Source of the DNA: the human T2T-CHM13v2.0 reference genome, Homo sapiens
DNA length: 64,000 nt
Reading direction: 5' to 3' (one strand)
Assembly (NCBI RefSeq): GCF_009914755.1
Contig: NC_060945.1
A model generated the notes under the pieces. That model searched no databases and was not told where the DNA came from. It saw only the letters and a program-made list of their open reading frames with translations. A program made the translations under genes and the position numbers. Of this stretch, positions 39,012-51,570 are shown in pieces. Numbering within the stretch: the first letter of the stretch is position 1; each line of letters opens with the position of its first letter.

Positions 39012-39944
39012 ATGGCTTTCCCGAAGATGAGATTGATGTATATTTGCCTTCTGGTTCTGGGGGCTCTTTGTTTGTATTTTAGCATGTACAGTCTAAATCC
39101 TTTCAAAGAACAGTCCTTTGTTTACAAGAAAGACGGGAACTTCCTTAAGCTCCCAGATACAGACTGCAGGCAGACACCTCCCTTCCTCGTCCTGCTGGTG
39201 ACCTCATCCCACAAACAGTTGGCTGAGCGCATGGCCATCCGGCAGACGTGGGGGAAAGAGAGGACGGTGAAGGGAAAGCAGCTGAAGACATTCTTCCTCC
39301 TGGGGACCACCAGCAGTGCAGCGGAAACAAAAGAGGTGGACCAGGAGAGCCAGCGACACGGGGACATTATCCAGAAGGATTTCCTAGACGTCTATTACAA
39401 TCTGACCCTGAAGACCATGATGGGCATAGAATGGGTCCATCGCTTTTGTCCTCAGGCGGCGTTTGTGATGAAAACAGACTCAGACATGTTCATCAATGTT
39501 GACTATCTGACTGAACTGCTTCTGAAGAAAAACAGAACAACCAGGTTTTTCACTGGCTTCTTGAAACTCAATGAGTTTCCCATCAGGCAGCCATTCAGCA
39601 AGTGGTTTGTCAGTAAATCTGAATATCCGTGGGACAGGTACCCACCATTCTGCTCCGGCACCGGCTACGTGTTTTCTGGCGACGTGGCGAGTCAGGTGTA
39701 CAATGTCTCCAAGAGCGTCCCATACATTAAACTGGAAGACGTGTTTGTGGGGCTCTGCCTCGAAAGGCTGAACATCAGATTGGAGGAGCTCCACTCCCAG
39801 CCGACCTTTTTTCCAGGGGGCTTACGCTTCTCCGTATGCCTCTTCAGGAGGATCGTGGCCTGCCACTTCATCAAGCCTCGGACTCTCTTGGACTACTGGC
39901 AGGCTCTAGAGAATTCCCGGGGGGAAGATTGTCCGCCTGTCTGA
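39012..39944 (+). CDS. B3GALT5: Beta-1,3-galactosyltransferase 5 (GT31, type II Golgi membrane protein, 310 aa)
   Basis: Recognised sequence: N-terminal TM helix, RxAIRQTW, D-x-Y-x-NLTLKT, DxD motif (KTDSD, D156-D158), YPPFCSGTGY, EDVFVG, and N-glycosylation sequons at N130, N174 and N231. The ATG is the first codon after the acceptor ttcctttcAG|. Confidence 0.99.
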   Translation: MAFPKMRLMYICLLVLGALCLYFSMYSLNPFKEQSFVYKKDGNFLKLPDTDCRQTPPFLVLLVTSSHKQLAERMAIRQTWGKERTVKGKQLKTFFLLGTTSSAAETKEVDQESQRHGDIIQKDFLDVYYNLTLKTMMGIEWVHRFCPQAAFVMKTDSDMFINVDYLTELLLKKNRTTRFFTGFLKLNEFPIRQPFSKWFVSKSEYPWDRYPPFCSGTGYVFSGDVASQVYNVSKSVPYIKLEDVFVGLCLERLNIRLEELHSQPTFFPGGLRFSVCLFRRIVACHFIKPRTLLDYWQALENSRGEDCPPV

Positions 39945-40209
39945 GGGGAGCCCAGAGGCACATCCGGACAAGTTTCAGATAACCCGTGGGGATAGTTTTT
40001 GCTAGATTTTGGAAGAGGGGGCGGGACAGAGGATGCTGTTCTTCAGTGCTGAAATCCACGCCAGAATGTCGGTGTTCATGAAGTCACTGATTAGTTCCCA
40101 CTTGGTGCCCCAGGCAATAATAGGCCCGTCTCTTGGGCACGCACACTCTTCATACTAAGTGTTTGACATACACCTGGATTTTTGCATTTCAGGGGTCAGT
40201 ATCCTATGA

Positions 40210-40375
40210 CATGATGGGTGTTACCATCCTAATTTTACAGGCAAGGACACAGCAGCTGCGAGAGGTACAGAAACTTGTCCCAAGGCTCACAGCCAGTAGG
40301 CATAGGAGCGGGAATGAAAATCGAGCACTGTCAGAATCTGGTGGGCAGCCCCTGACTTGAACCACTCCCACGTGC
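40210..40375 (-). mobile_element. MIR SINE in the 3'UTR
   Basis: attttacagg...aacttgtcccaaggctcacagccagtag. Confidence 0.7.
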
Positions 40376-41317
40376 TGCCTCCCTTAGGAGGGGACACTGA
40401 TGATGAGGTCTCGGAGCCGGCATCCTTCCATCCCTGTCGAGTCCCCTCCACCTCAGCTCCCAGTCCTTGTGCTTTTTGGAGCTAAGCCTGGGATGACCAA
40501 ATTCACCCCAGCTCCTTCATTCACAGGGCTGGATGTAGCTGGGATTGAGTCCATGTTATCGGCTCGGTACTCAACACAACCCAAGTTTCATCCGAGGAAA
40601 TGTCCCCGCAGTGGATGCAGCTCACATGCTGAGGAACACCCAGCTCTGGACAGAGTTCTTATAAATGTATAAATTAGGCTCAGAAACCACTGCATTCTGA
40701 CCTGCTGTACAGACTGCCCACACTGCTGACCTGCCTAGCAAGCAGGACATCCCTTCTGAGCCATCTGCTGCTCTCTCATTTCATCACCCCAACTGTCCCT
40801 TGTTTTTGATCAATGGGGACCAGCCACTGCCCCAGGAGCACTTTAGGGCTCTCAGTTCAAACTGAAGGACAGTTGAACTCAGATGGGGTTCATGTGGGAT
40901 TCTGGGAGCTTTCTGGGAATTCAGTTGGAGTCAAGTCAGGATGCTCTCAAGGACCCCTCGGGCTCAGAGCCCTAAAGTGGGCCCTGGTGAAGCAGGGTGG
41001 TCCTGCGTCCACTTCCCAAGCCTGAGCCAAGCTCATCTTCATTGAATGTCTCATTTGGCCGAGGAACAACTGAACTTTGTGGTTTGCTGTTTAGCCTTCA
41101 GTTTGCTCCGCTGCCTCCTACCCAGAGGTTTGTGCGAGCCTGTGTTGCAGGGTTGTATAAAACCAAGGTACTTCGTTAGTTTTGCCCATTCAGCCATGGT
41201 CACGTGACATGCAAAGTAATCTTGCTCCTAATTATAGAAATGATTTTTCTTTTAATTTTTTACTTTACCAGACTTTACTTTGTACTCAGAGAAGAGGCCT
41301 CACATGGCTGTGTCACA

Positions 41318-41345
41318 TATAAATGTTGGACTAAACTCTTACTTG
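41318..41345 (+). terminator. B3GALT5: Proximal poly(A) region with non-canonical hexamers
   Basis: TATAAA (41318) and ACTAAA (41330), with TGTA at 41281 and a U-rich upstream element. Confidence 0.5.
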
Positions 41346-41930
41346 AACTCAGGAAAAGTTACTTGCTGCAAAATGGTTTTGACCATGTTCAATTGCAAAA
41401 GTACGTCTGATATCCTATTTTGCATACCATTTCTTGTGTTTGGATTAAGCTGCTTCTTTGTAGATGTGTTTCCTCATCCTGGCTGCTCTGAACGCACTGG
41501 GTCATGTTCAGAAAAGCCTCCTTCTCAGGTGGAAAAAATCAGGGACTGAGCTTGTCTTTTGAAGCCCAAATTTAAGAGCCACGCCTCTCGGTTCCATAGG
41601 ATGGGCCGCCTCTCATTCTGAAGATGACTGTGCTTTGAGGGAGAAGTCGTCTGTTTGGCAGTAGGCCTGCGTCTGTGTTTCGTGGTCTACCTTGTCAGGT
41701 GTGTGTCTGTGTGGCCACTGGTCTCAGTCGGCGAGGCCGGTCCAGCTGCTGCCTCTGTGTGACTGGCTTTGGGTCTGGCCTTCACAGCATCAGCTCACAG
41801 CCCACAGCTCCAGGGACAAATGAGGACAGGCGTGGGCTCTCCCTACTGCTTCTGTGTGTTCTTAAAGGATTTTCTTTGAGACCCATTGTTTCCCCTCCCC
41901 TCCCCTCCCCTCCCATCCCCTTCCCTCTTC

Positions 41931-42073
41931 TTTTCTTTTCTTTTTTTCTGACAGGGTCTCACCCTGTCACCCAAGCTGGAGCGTAGTGGCCTGATCTCGC
42001 TGCAGCCTTGAACTCAACGAGCCTCAAACGAGCCTCCTGCCTCAGCCAGTGGGTAGTTGGGATTACAGGTGTG
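41931..42073 (-). mobile_element. Partial AluJ with a (CCCCT)n-derived flank
   Basis: Antisense Alu right-arm fragment. Confidence 0.85.
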
Positions 42074-42699
42074 TATTTCTTTATACAATGAATAATTCTT
42101 TTTCTTGAGGAAAAAACATTATTTCATGAATCTAGAACTTGAAGGAACCTTAGAGCTCATTCAATCCTGCCTCCTCTTTTATGTGGGATGCAAACGAGGC
42201 TCAGAGAGACGTAACAACTTGCCCAGGACCTTCCCAGCTTGTTTGTTGCAGAAGGAGGGTTCCAGCTCAGCGTGGGTTTCCTGGTGCTGTCTTGTCTGGA
42301 TGTGAGAGTGAGAAACAATGTGAAAGCATGAGTGAGGAGGCCAAGCAGTGCTTCCCCAGGAACACCCAGCGCTAGCTCCAGAGTGGGAATGGAGAGGTCC
42401 AGGTTGGCCGGGCCGGGGCTTCACCGCAGGCACCCAGAGAGGAAGGATTCCGATGGGCAGGTGCTGAGCTAGGGGCTGTGTAGGTATTGCCTCATCTACA
42501 TGCTCTCAATGAGTTTTCCGGGGGCAGAGACCTGCAGTTGCTCAGGTTTACAGATTAGGAAACTGAGGCAGAGAGAGAGAGGGTGAACAACTCATTCAAG
42601 GTTACATAGGTGAAAAGTGGTGGAAACGGGGTGACCCTAAGCTGCCCTGTGGCCTCCCCAGCCACCTGCTGACGGAGCTGTGGGAGCACATTGCATTGG

Positions 42700-44452
42700 C
42701 TGCTCCCACTGCCTCTCTGGGGTGCCTCCTCAGACTCCCCCAACCATACACGCCTACCCCCAGCCCCCAAACCTCCGTACTCTGCCTTCTACTGTGACTG
42801 TGGCAGAAGCCACTTGGCCCCCGTGGTGCCAGAACCCCTGGTATTGGACTGACTCCAGCTCTTCTTCCACAGCTCCTGATGTGGCCTCACTCTCGTCCTA
42901 CCACCTGCTGTCCCCTCTGCTGGATCACCCCATTAGCACACAGACACGCTGCCATTTTCCACCTGACCAGAAATGGCCACCACCTTCCCCGACCCCTTCC
43001 CTGACCCCCTTCCCCGTCCCGCTGCCCCATCCTGTTGCGTTTCTGGTGGAACCCCGCACGAGAGTTTTACTTGTCTGTTGCCTCGTCCTAATCCTTCCCT
43101 TCTTTCCCAAATGCCGTCTCATCAGACTTCTGCACCCCCACTCCACCCACGTGGCCCTTCTCAGGGCACCCACCACCCCCTGTGGCTGGGTCCTGTGGGC
43201 AGTTCTTGTTCTCCTCCTGCTTGACGTGGCGAGTCCTCATCACCAGCTTCCAGGACACCGGGTGCTCTTGGTCTCCCTCCTCCTTGCTGCTCGCCTTTTC
43301 CATCTCCCCTGCTTGCTCCTTCTCTTTGCTCTGACAGTGTCGTGCTGGAGGATCCTGGGCTCTGCGTGGGGCCCCCTTTCTTCCCTGGTTATACCCAGTC
43401 CTCCGAGGGGCCCACCTTGTCTCATGGCTTTAAATATGTTGATGATGTTTCCATTTATCTCCAGCCTAGAACTCTTTCTTGCTCTTCAATCCACTGCCTA
43501 CCTGATTTCCCATAGTGAACAATCCAACACTGACCTTCTGGTTAACTGCCCCACATCCAGCCCATCTGCAGCCATTCCCGTCTCAGGTAATGGCCACTCC
43601 ATCTTCCTGCAGCTCAAGTGGGAAGCCCTGGAGCCATTCCGACTCCTCTCCCATCTGGTGCATCAGGAAAGACTGTGGGAACTACCTTCAAATTCTCTCC
43701 AGGAGCCAACCACCTCCTGCCCCTCCACTGCGACCACCCTTGTTCAAGCCTGCATTGCCTCTCACCTGCATTCGTGCAGCTACCTCCAGACCCTCCCTCA
43801 GCTTCCATTATTGCATCCTTTGGTCTCTTCCCAGCAGCATCCAGAGTGATCCTTTGAAAATCTCATTTCTCTGCTCAAAACCCTCCTGAGGTTTCCCATC
43901 ACCAAGGATATTAAGGATAAAAACCACATCCTTCATACCATTGTCTACCTGTGATTCCCTAATCGTGTCCCTTTGCTCACTCCCTCTGGCCTCTTGCTGT
44001 TCCCTGAACAGCAGTCTGTTCCAGCCACAGCAGCCCCTTTGCCCTATGTGCCCATCCCCGTCAGCCTTGGCACTGGCTGTCCTCTCTGCTGGGAGTGCCC
44101 TTTCTTCAGATGCTCTCATGCTTCGCTTCTTTGCCTTGTTGACATTTGGTCAATGTCACCTTCTCAGTGAGGCCTACCCTGACCTCCCTGTAGGAAAATG
44201 CAACTCACCTCACTCCCATGCCCCGTACCTTATATTGTTTTCCTTGCGCTTACCAATTTCTAACAAAGCATGTAATATCTGTTTATTATAACATATCTAT
44301 ATTTTATGGTTTATGTTTCACGCGACTTGAATGTAACCTTTGTGTGGGCCGTGGGTCTTTCTCTGTTTCCTTCACTGACGCACCTTGGATTCTTAGCATG
44401 GTCCCAGCACATAGTAGATGCTCAATAAACATTTGTTGAGTGGAACTGAATG
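42700..44452 (+). mobile_element. L2 LINE (long, decayed) with intact 3' end
   Basis: Pyrimidine-rich L2 body with an RT remnant (ILGSAWGPL, resembling PQGSILGPL) and the canonical L2 terminus cagcacatagtagatgctcaataaacatttgttgag. Confidence 0.85.
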
Positions 44453-44754
44453 TATTGGTATGGTAGGTGGGTTTTAGAAGGGAATGGGTGAACCAGGACT
44501 GAAAAAAAAGAAATATTTTTCAAAGTAAGCCAACACTGTGGTTTCACTTGAGTCAGTAAGTAGGAAATGGGTGCGACTCTGTGACCTGAAAACCTAGAAA
44601 TGCTCCACAGCCATGCTCTTCACCCCTTTTCTTCCAAAACGGAAAACCTCACACAATGCAGGGTGGACAGAATCACACGGTGCAGTCTGTGCGCCTGTCC
44701 TCCAGCCCGACACCTGGCCAGTCCTGTCTCATCTACACTGTCATGCAAACTCTT

Positions 44755-45045
44755 GTTTTTGTTTGTTTGTTTTTGAGACAGAGTCTCACTCTGTCACCTA
44801 GGCTGAAGTGCAGTGGTGCAGTCTTGGATCACTGCAACCTCCACCTCCTGGGTTCTTGTGCCTCAGCCTCCCGAGTAGCTAGGATTATAGGCATGCACCA
44901 CCAACCAGCTAATTTTTGTATTGTTAGTAGAGACGGGGTTTCACCATGTTGGCCAGGCTGGTCTTGAACTCCTGACCTCAGGTAATCTACGTGCCTCAGC
45001 CTCCCAGAGTGCTGGGATTATAGGTGTGAGCCACCACACCCAGCC
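44755..45045 (-). mobile_element. AluS element
   Basis: Dimeric Alu in antisense with a (TTTG)n tail. Confidence 0.95.
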
Positions 45046-46307
45046 ATGTTTCAAGAATTTGTGCTTCAGCTCAGCACTTAGTGGCAGTGGGAAGACCAGA
45101 CCTCCTGACCCTTCAGCCTGCTGGCATCCACCATGCCTTAAAAAACAAAACAAAACCCTAAATGTATTTAATTCCTGCTCCTCTTCAAACACACCATTGT
45201 AACCACATAATACACTGTGTGAAAAGAGAGGAAAGAAAAATCCAAGTCAACAATAACTTGCCAGGCCTTCTTTCCTTGAGCCCCATATCCCACGCCCGCT
45301 GTGCTAACCTCTGGCTTGCCGCCCACACCTGTCTGGATTCATCCCGACTCGAGCCACCTCCTCCTAACTGGTCCCACGGGCCTGTCCCTGCCACTTTCCA
45401 ATCTGTCCTCCACTTGACATTTGGAGTAATTTTTTAAAACAGCAAATCTGATTAGGAAACTCAGAGGCCCAGGGAAGCCAGTGACTTGCCCTCTGGCACC
45501 CTGTCCTGAGGGTAGAGCTTCCTGGCACAGGGTCAGTGAGCCCCGAGGCCACCTCCCTGGAGGCTGCAGGAGGGTGAGCGTGGTCAAGAGCAGCAATTTT
45601 CATTGTTTCATGTGTCATTGCCTATTTAACGAGCTTCGCAGTGCCCTCAATTTGCTAAGTTAACTTTGGCCACGCCGTCCGTGAGAGGTCAGACTGGTGA
45701 TTTCCAACTCCCACCGGGCACCGGGTGCTGCACCGGTTATCCCAACAGGCTGGCACAGAGGGCTGAAATGGACTTGGAAAGCCAAATAATTAATTTTCAT
45801 GCGAGTTTTTGATCCCCTTGAGTGTGGTTATTTTTGTGCAAAAAATTATCCCGATGTTTACTTTGGTTTCATAAGTAATTTATTAAAATTCCTTCCTAAG
45901 CTTTAAATTTCAGCTAACAAATATGAGCATGGCCTCTGGGAATGGTAAGAACAAGGAAGCATTGTGTGTGTGTGTGCACACCCCAAGGTTGTGCAGCTAG
46001 AAGTGCAGAATGTGGATTCCGTCCGCTCTTTAGGGCACAGCTAGCCCTGTGCACCTGTAGAAACTGTACTGACGTACAGCCTTGCAGAGCCTCCAGCTTC
46101 CATGGTGGCAGGAGCCATGGAAAATAGAGACCCACCCGGTAAGGAGGTAACTGGGACACCAGGTTACTGTCTACCTGGTGGGGAAGCTGGGGAAAAGGGC
46201 CCATGGGAGGATACTAACTGGGGAAGAGGAGACCTTGCTTCCAGGGCTGGGCGACCCACTTACGGAGGCCCCATTCCATTTACATCTCCGCTCAAGCCTC
46301 CGCCTCC

Positions 46308-46500
46308 GGGTTCCAGCCCTGGCTCTGCAATTTGCTAGCTGTGGCCCCAGGTGGTCATTCTCTCTGCACCTCAGTCTCTGCATCTCTATAAAATGGGATG
46401 ATAATAGTGTTCACCTCAGAAGGTTGTCAGAGGTGTGGAAATTAAGATAATTCACATTGAGTTCTTGGCACGGCTGTGCCTAGCACTGGGTGCAGGCTGA
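46308..46500 (+). mobile_element. MIR SINE
   Basis: cctcagtctctgcatctctataaaatgggatgataatag core. Confidence 0.8.
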
Positions 46501-46597
46501 ATGCATGGGCTGCTATCGCGATGTTGTATCTAATGGCCTGCAGTGGTTGCTTAGCAGCAATGGGTTTGCTTGGTTATTTCCTGATTTGGGGTAAATA

Positions 46598-46826
46598 GAT
46601 CCAGAGACCAAGGCTCCATGTTATCCCCAGCACCGGGCTGACCCCAAGTACCAGAGAGGTCTCCATGGCCCCAGGCTGCAGAGGACCCAGGTTACAACTT
46701 GCTCAAGTAGACCCAGGATCTAGGCTTATCCTAGTAGATCTTGGTACCAGGCCAGCCTCTGTGACCTGAGACTCCAAGACCACCATTGCAGACCCAGGCT
46801 CTAAGCTAGCCTCTGCAAACTCAGGA
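46598..46826 (+). repeat. Degenerate ~27-bp tandem array (gacccaggctccagg-like), probably an old L1M 5'-region remnant
   Basis: Recurrent gacccagg.. units at ~27-bp spacing; the L1 origin is inference. Confidence 0.45.
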
Positions 46827-47183
46827 TATATATTCCAAATATCCCTGATTTGGGGGGCAAGGTCTGTGTGTGATTTGCAGAGTAACGATATGAAGAAGGA
46901 GGTCTTGTTAAGATGGCGTGGTGTGGAGTGCCCAGGTGTGAAATGGTTGTCTCAATGGAAGTTGTAGCCTCCTCCTCCCATGACATCATCCTCACACGTG
47001 CTCAGTGTTAGGCATTTTTTCCCCCTCCTGCTCTGAATCAATGCGAGTGAGATATGCATGCGGGAGGGACAAGCTTGCATGGCACCCAGCTGTGGTACAT
47101 TTAGAACTCGGCCTCAGCCCTCCAGTGTGACCTTGGGCATACCCTTCACCCCCGGGCTCTGTTCGCTGGGGCAGGGTCTGCGC

Positions 47184-47395
47184 TCTGGAGTCAGGCTGCC
47201 TGGGTTTGAATTTTACCTTTCTCGCCAAGTCCCTTGAGTGGCAAGTTACTTATCTTCTCATTGTCTCCGTTTTGTTATCTGAAGAATGGGACCATAGTAG
47301 TTCCCGCCTCATGGGATGATCATGTGGGTTAAATGAGAGGATGAGTATAAACTGCTCAACATCCCATGGTAGGTGCTCAGTAAATGCAGGTGCTT
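47184..47395 (+). mobile_element. MIR SINE
   Basis: ctctggagtcaggctgcctgggtttgaat...ggcaagttactt...gtgctcagtaaatg. Confidence 0.85.
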
Positions 47396-48663
47396 ATGAT
47401 TATAGTCAGTGTTTGGGCTGTGAATTTTGGTGGATTCTATGGTGGTGTATACAGCACTATCTATCAGTGTACCTGTCAGTGTCTGGTGATCTCTGTGCAA
47501 ATCAAAAACTCTTCAGATTGAGTCTGTAGGGCTTTGTTTCAGCTCTTGTTCTTTTTCTTCATTTGAATCTTTCCTGGAACTCTTGGAGAAGTTCTTCTGT
47601 TCGTGACATTCTTCACAATCAGAGCACTGTGTTCTTGACCCTCTTAATTCAGAATATGTGAAAATCTGAATGAGGTAAAAGAAGTTGGAGCTGGAAGATG
47701 CCTTAGAAATTATCTACAGTATTTTTTTTTTTAAGATAAAACCTTTTACAGTTAGGAAAGCCAAAGCTCAGAAAAATGGAGTGACTTTGCCAGGTCCTTC
47801 AGCGAGTGGCACATCCAGGATTAAAAGCTGGCATCAGAAATCCCATGTCAGACATTCATTCGTTTATTTATTCATCTGTTGAGTGCTCAGTGCTTTGACC
47901 GGGCATCCTGAATGAGGGTCAAGCTGAGGTTCGAGGCCGTGGGTTTTGCATACAGAGCTTTCACTGGGTAAATACACAATGCTGAGAAGATTATCAGGGG
48001 CACCTGATCCCTTGACAGCTGAATAAAGAAGCGTTCCAGTGCCTTCTCTGTGGGCATCGTAAGCCATGTCCATCCATACCTGCTGTTTCACTGAAACCCC
48101 ACAGCAGCCTCTGGAGGGCACCATTCTTATAATTATGCCCCTGGATTTAAGAGGAGGAAACTGAGGGGCAGGTGACTCAGTGACTTCCCCGGGGGCTCAG
48201 ACGTGGTGGAGACACAGGCCCTCGGCCTCCAAATGCTGCCTCCCGCGAGCAGCCTTGCTTTTCTCCACTTGGCACAGTGGTGAGTCCTCCGATGTATCTG
48301 CTTTCATAGGAAGCTTGGGACCAGCCCTGCCCAAGGAGTGTGCCACCTGACCCCTTTTCCTGTCTTCTGTCACTTTTTTTTTTCCAAGTGTTGATATGAG
48401 TTTCAGTCTGCCCCTTCCTGGGCCTGTTTGACCTCCTGGGATTCGGCACTTAGTTATCTGTGTCATTCCCAAGGACCTCCCGTTTAGCTGGATCCCCTGA
48501 CCTGTCCTGCCCTGGCCAGCCCTCTCTTGAGGTTACTCAAGTGTCCAATGGCAGCCCAAACAAATGTCTGGCTTCAGAAAATAAACTCTTCAGTCCAGCC
48601 CACTTTCCCTGTCTCCCTATCTAATGCCCTTGCAAAACAAGCCCGGGGGCGCCACACTCAGAC

Positions 48664-48720
48664 TGTGTGTGTGTGTGTGTGTGTGTGTATCTATGAGAGA
48701 GAGAGAGACAGACAGACAGA
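48664..48720. repeat. (TG)n / (AG)n microsatellite
   Basis: Seen directly. Confidence 0.95.
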
Positions 48721-49357
48721 TCTGAGGCTCTAATTAGAGATACCATGCTCAGTGGAAGCTGGTTCTGAACAATGTTAACTGCCCCACCCGTGTCCATGAA
48801 GGGCAGTGGAAGAGCAAGGGGCGGTTTAATTACCTGGGATGTAAAACAGCAGGCACCCCCACTGCCCTCCTCAGCTGTTGGGGTGGCAGGGTGGAGTTGA
48901 GGGCCTCACTCGTTTTCACCTTTGCACAATCAGTCACACATTTGTTATATGACAGCTATGTGCCACACACCCATGTTCAGTAAGGTGGAAGCCAGCTGCA
49001 GGCGTGGTCCACAGTTCCAGACATCTCTGAAGGATGTGACACCAACTTTCAGGCAGAACATTTAGAAAGAGTGAAATAAAGTGAAACAGATCAACCAGCC
49101 TATTGAGTATCTACGTGTTTTTTTTACAGGCAAGAACTGAGGAGGCAATACTATTTAGAATCCTTGATAAACAGTTCCAAAAGAAAAAAAAAAACAGGCT
49201 TTGGTGACTCTCATGGGCCCTCCATGCCAAGAGTCTATGGCTCTGTGATATATTAAATCAGGCTTGTTAATTATTTAATCTAACAGCTGCCATGCACCCT
49301 CATTTTAAAAACAGATGAGGCAATGTTTACATTTTCTCCATGTCCTCCATTTGGAAG

Positions 49358-49710
49358 TGTCTTAGTTTGTTTTGTGTTGCTGTAACAGAATACCACAGAC
49401 TGGGCGATTTATAGACAATAGAAATTAATCTGGCTCATGGTTCTAGAGGCTAGGAAGTCCAAGAGCTTGGCACTGGCCTCTGGTGAGGGCCTTCATGCTG
49501 TGTCATTGTGGGCAAAAGAGCAAAACTTGTTTTGATAAAATCACTCTTGGCAATAACTGACCCTCCTCTTATAATAACATTAATTCATTCATGACAGCAG
49601 AACCCTCCTGACCCAGTCACCTCTTAAAAGGTCCCACCTCTCAACGCTGTTGCACTGGGGATTAAGTTTCCTTACACATGCACTTTGGGGGACACATTCA
49701 AACTGTAGCA
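49358..49710 (-). mobile_element. MaLR solo LTR (MST/MLT1A-like)
   Basis: TG...CA termini and perfect TSD ggaag. Confidence 0.9.
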
Positions 49711-51570
49711 GGAAGTATTTGCTTTCTCATAACATTTTTTTAATTAATTAATTTTCAGCGTTTGTTATATCAGAATGGACATTATAGCAATTTCCATGGC
49801 TGTGTCGCTCCTGGCAGATTTTAAAGTTCTTCCAGCCTGATTCCTCTCTCTGTTTGGGTCTCTGGCATGGTGCCTGCTGGAGAGTAGATACTTGATAATT
49901 ATCTATTGGGTTCTCAGGGGATCTCTCAAAGGTGGTATTCAGGCACCCACAAGGCAACTCCCATCACAAGAAAGAATGGTGGCCTGGGAGTGAGCTGTAA
50001 GGTTCCTTCAAACATCAGTTCCTGAAGCCTCTTTTATTCATTATTGTTGGGACTTGTTTTTATTTCTGTTTCGTTCTACGTGACCCCAAAATCTGTATGT
50101 GAACACTAGGAACTTTATCATGGGCTGAGGTGTATTTGAAGTAAACTCTTAACTATGTCTCTGGGATATGAAAGGTGCTTACATTCTCTGTTGGGAATGT
50201 AGAGAGAAGGATTTGCAGTGTGTGGCCCCTGGGAATGTAGAGGCATGAATTTCTGTCTGTTTTCCTGCTGTTGAAATCTGAGTGCTAGGAACGGACCTCT
50301 TGCTCTCAGATTGGCCTTGAAGCTGAAGGGAACCTGTCCACCCTCTGCACAGGGCAAGAGCCACGCCAACAGGAGGAAGTTGGAGTGCATCCTGGCACCT
50401 GCCAATCGGAAGACTGACAAACAAAAAATTAGTTTTTAATTAATTTAAAAAATGATCTTCCTACTTATCAGACACAATCACTTTTAAATATGAGCAGAAA
50501 AACGAACTCCATAGCCAAATGCAACATTTTGTGTCATACTGCTTTACATCATCTATTCTACCTCCATTCACTGGTCAAAGAAGCGCAGAGTTAAGTTGGC
50601 CAGTGTGGCGTGGACACAGCCAGGCGCAGACCCTCCTGCCAGCGAAGCCAGCGTGAGGTCTGTTGGCTCAGGGGTCCAGTCCCTGGGTCCCCGAAGAGGT
50701 AAGCCAAAGACATAGTGATACTTGGTTCAATTCGGCTCCAGAGAGTATCAGATGGGAAATAGATGACTTGTTTTACCTGGTCAAATAAGACATCACTAAA
50801 ATCTACCATGACTGGAAATTACTTAATGCAACCAGAGGAGACTTCGCAGTCAAATTTTGCTTTTCCTAAAAGACACGAAATTAAATTTACATGTCACTGA
50901 ATGCTATTTGAAACTGTCATTTCCTTGTATATTAGGGGGATCTGCTAGACTCTTATGTCATTGTATTTTGGAAATGGGTATATGTCCTTATTATTGGTTA
51001 ATAATCATATTTATTTTTAATGAAAATTAAATTATGAAAATAATGCACTTAACTAGGTGAGTTTTAGGTTGTCGATTGATGTGATAATTCACTCTTCCCG
51101 AAAAATTGGCAAGGTAATGGTCTGAATCGGACAATCCTTTTGTTTTTACATTGATGTTTTCTATATTTATTTTGTACCTGGAAAAATATTTTTACAATTT
51201 ATTTTGATTTTATATGTGTAGAAAAATGTACTGAACAATGTTGACATGCTTATTTTTGTAAGAGATGGGTACTTCTTGTTCCCCTTGGATTTCGGAAGCA
51301 AAGCAATGGGACCCTACGCTTCAGAGTCTTAATGGGGTGGGGCAGTGTCCATTGAGGTGTCCTGTCGGGAATGACAAGTCCAGGGCAGATTATGAGGCAG
51401 GCATCCTTTGGAGTTCTTCTCTCAGGTATATTTTAACTAAAAGCTATCATTTAAGTTGAAGAAATCAAGTCTTGTGAATTGATACGATTGTACTTCTAGA
51501 GTCTTTGATGATAAGTTGTCTTTGCGGTACAGATTGGCTCCTCGATCTTTCAAAGTGTCATTTAAATGGA

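Noticed and set aside
39122-39874. Overlapping alternative-frame and antisense ORFs inside the B3GALT5 CDS
   Set aside because: Expected shadows of a GC-rich coding region, with no independent signals.
42680-43849. Longest ORF in the track (389 aa)
   Set aside because: It starts at GTG and lies within a decayed pyrimidine-rich L2, which is poor in stop codons. It is Leu/Pro/Ser-biased with only scraps of RT similarity, so not a gene.
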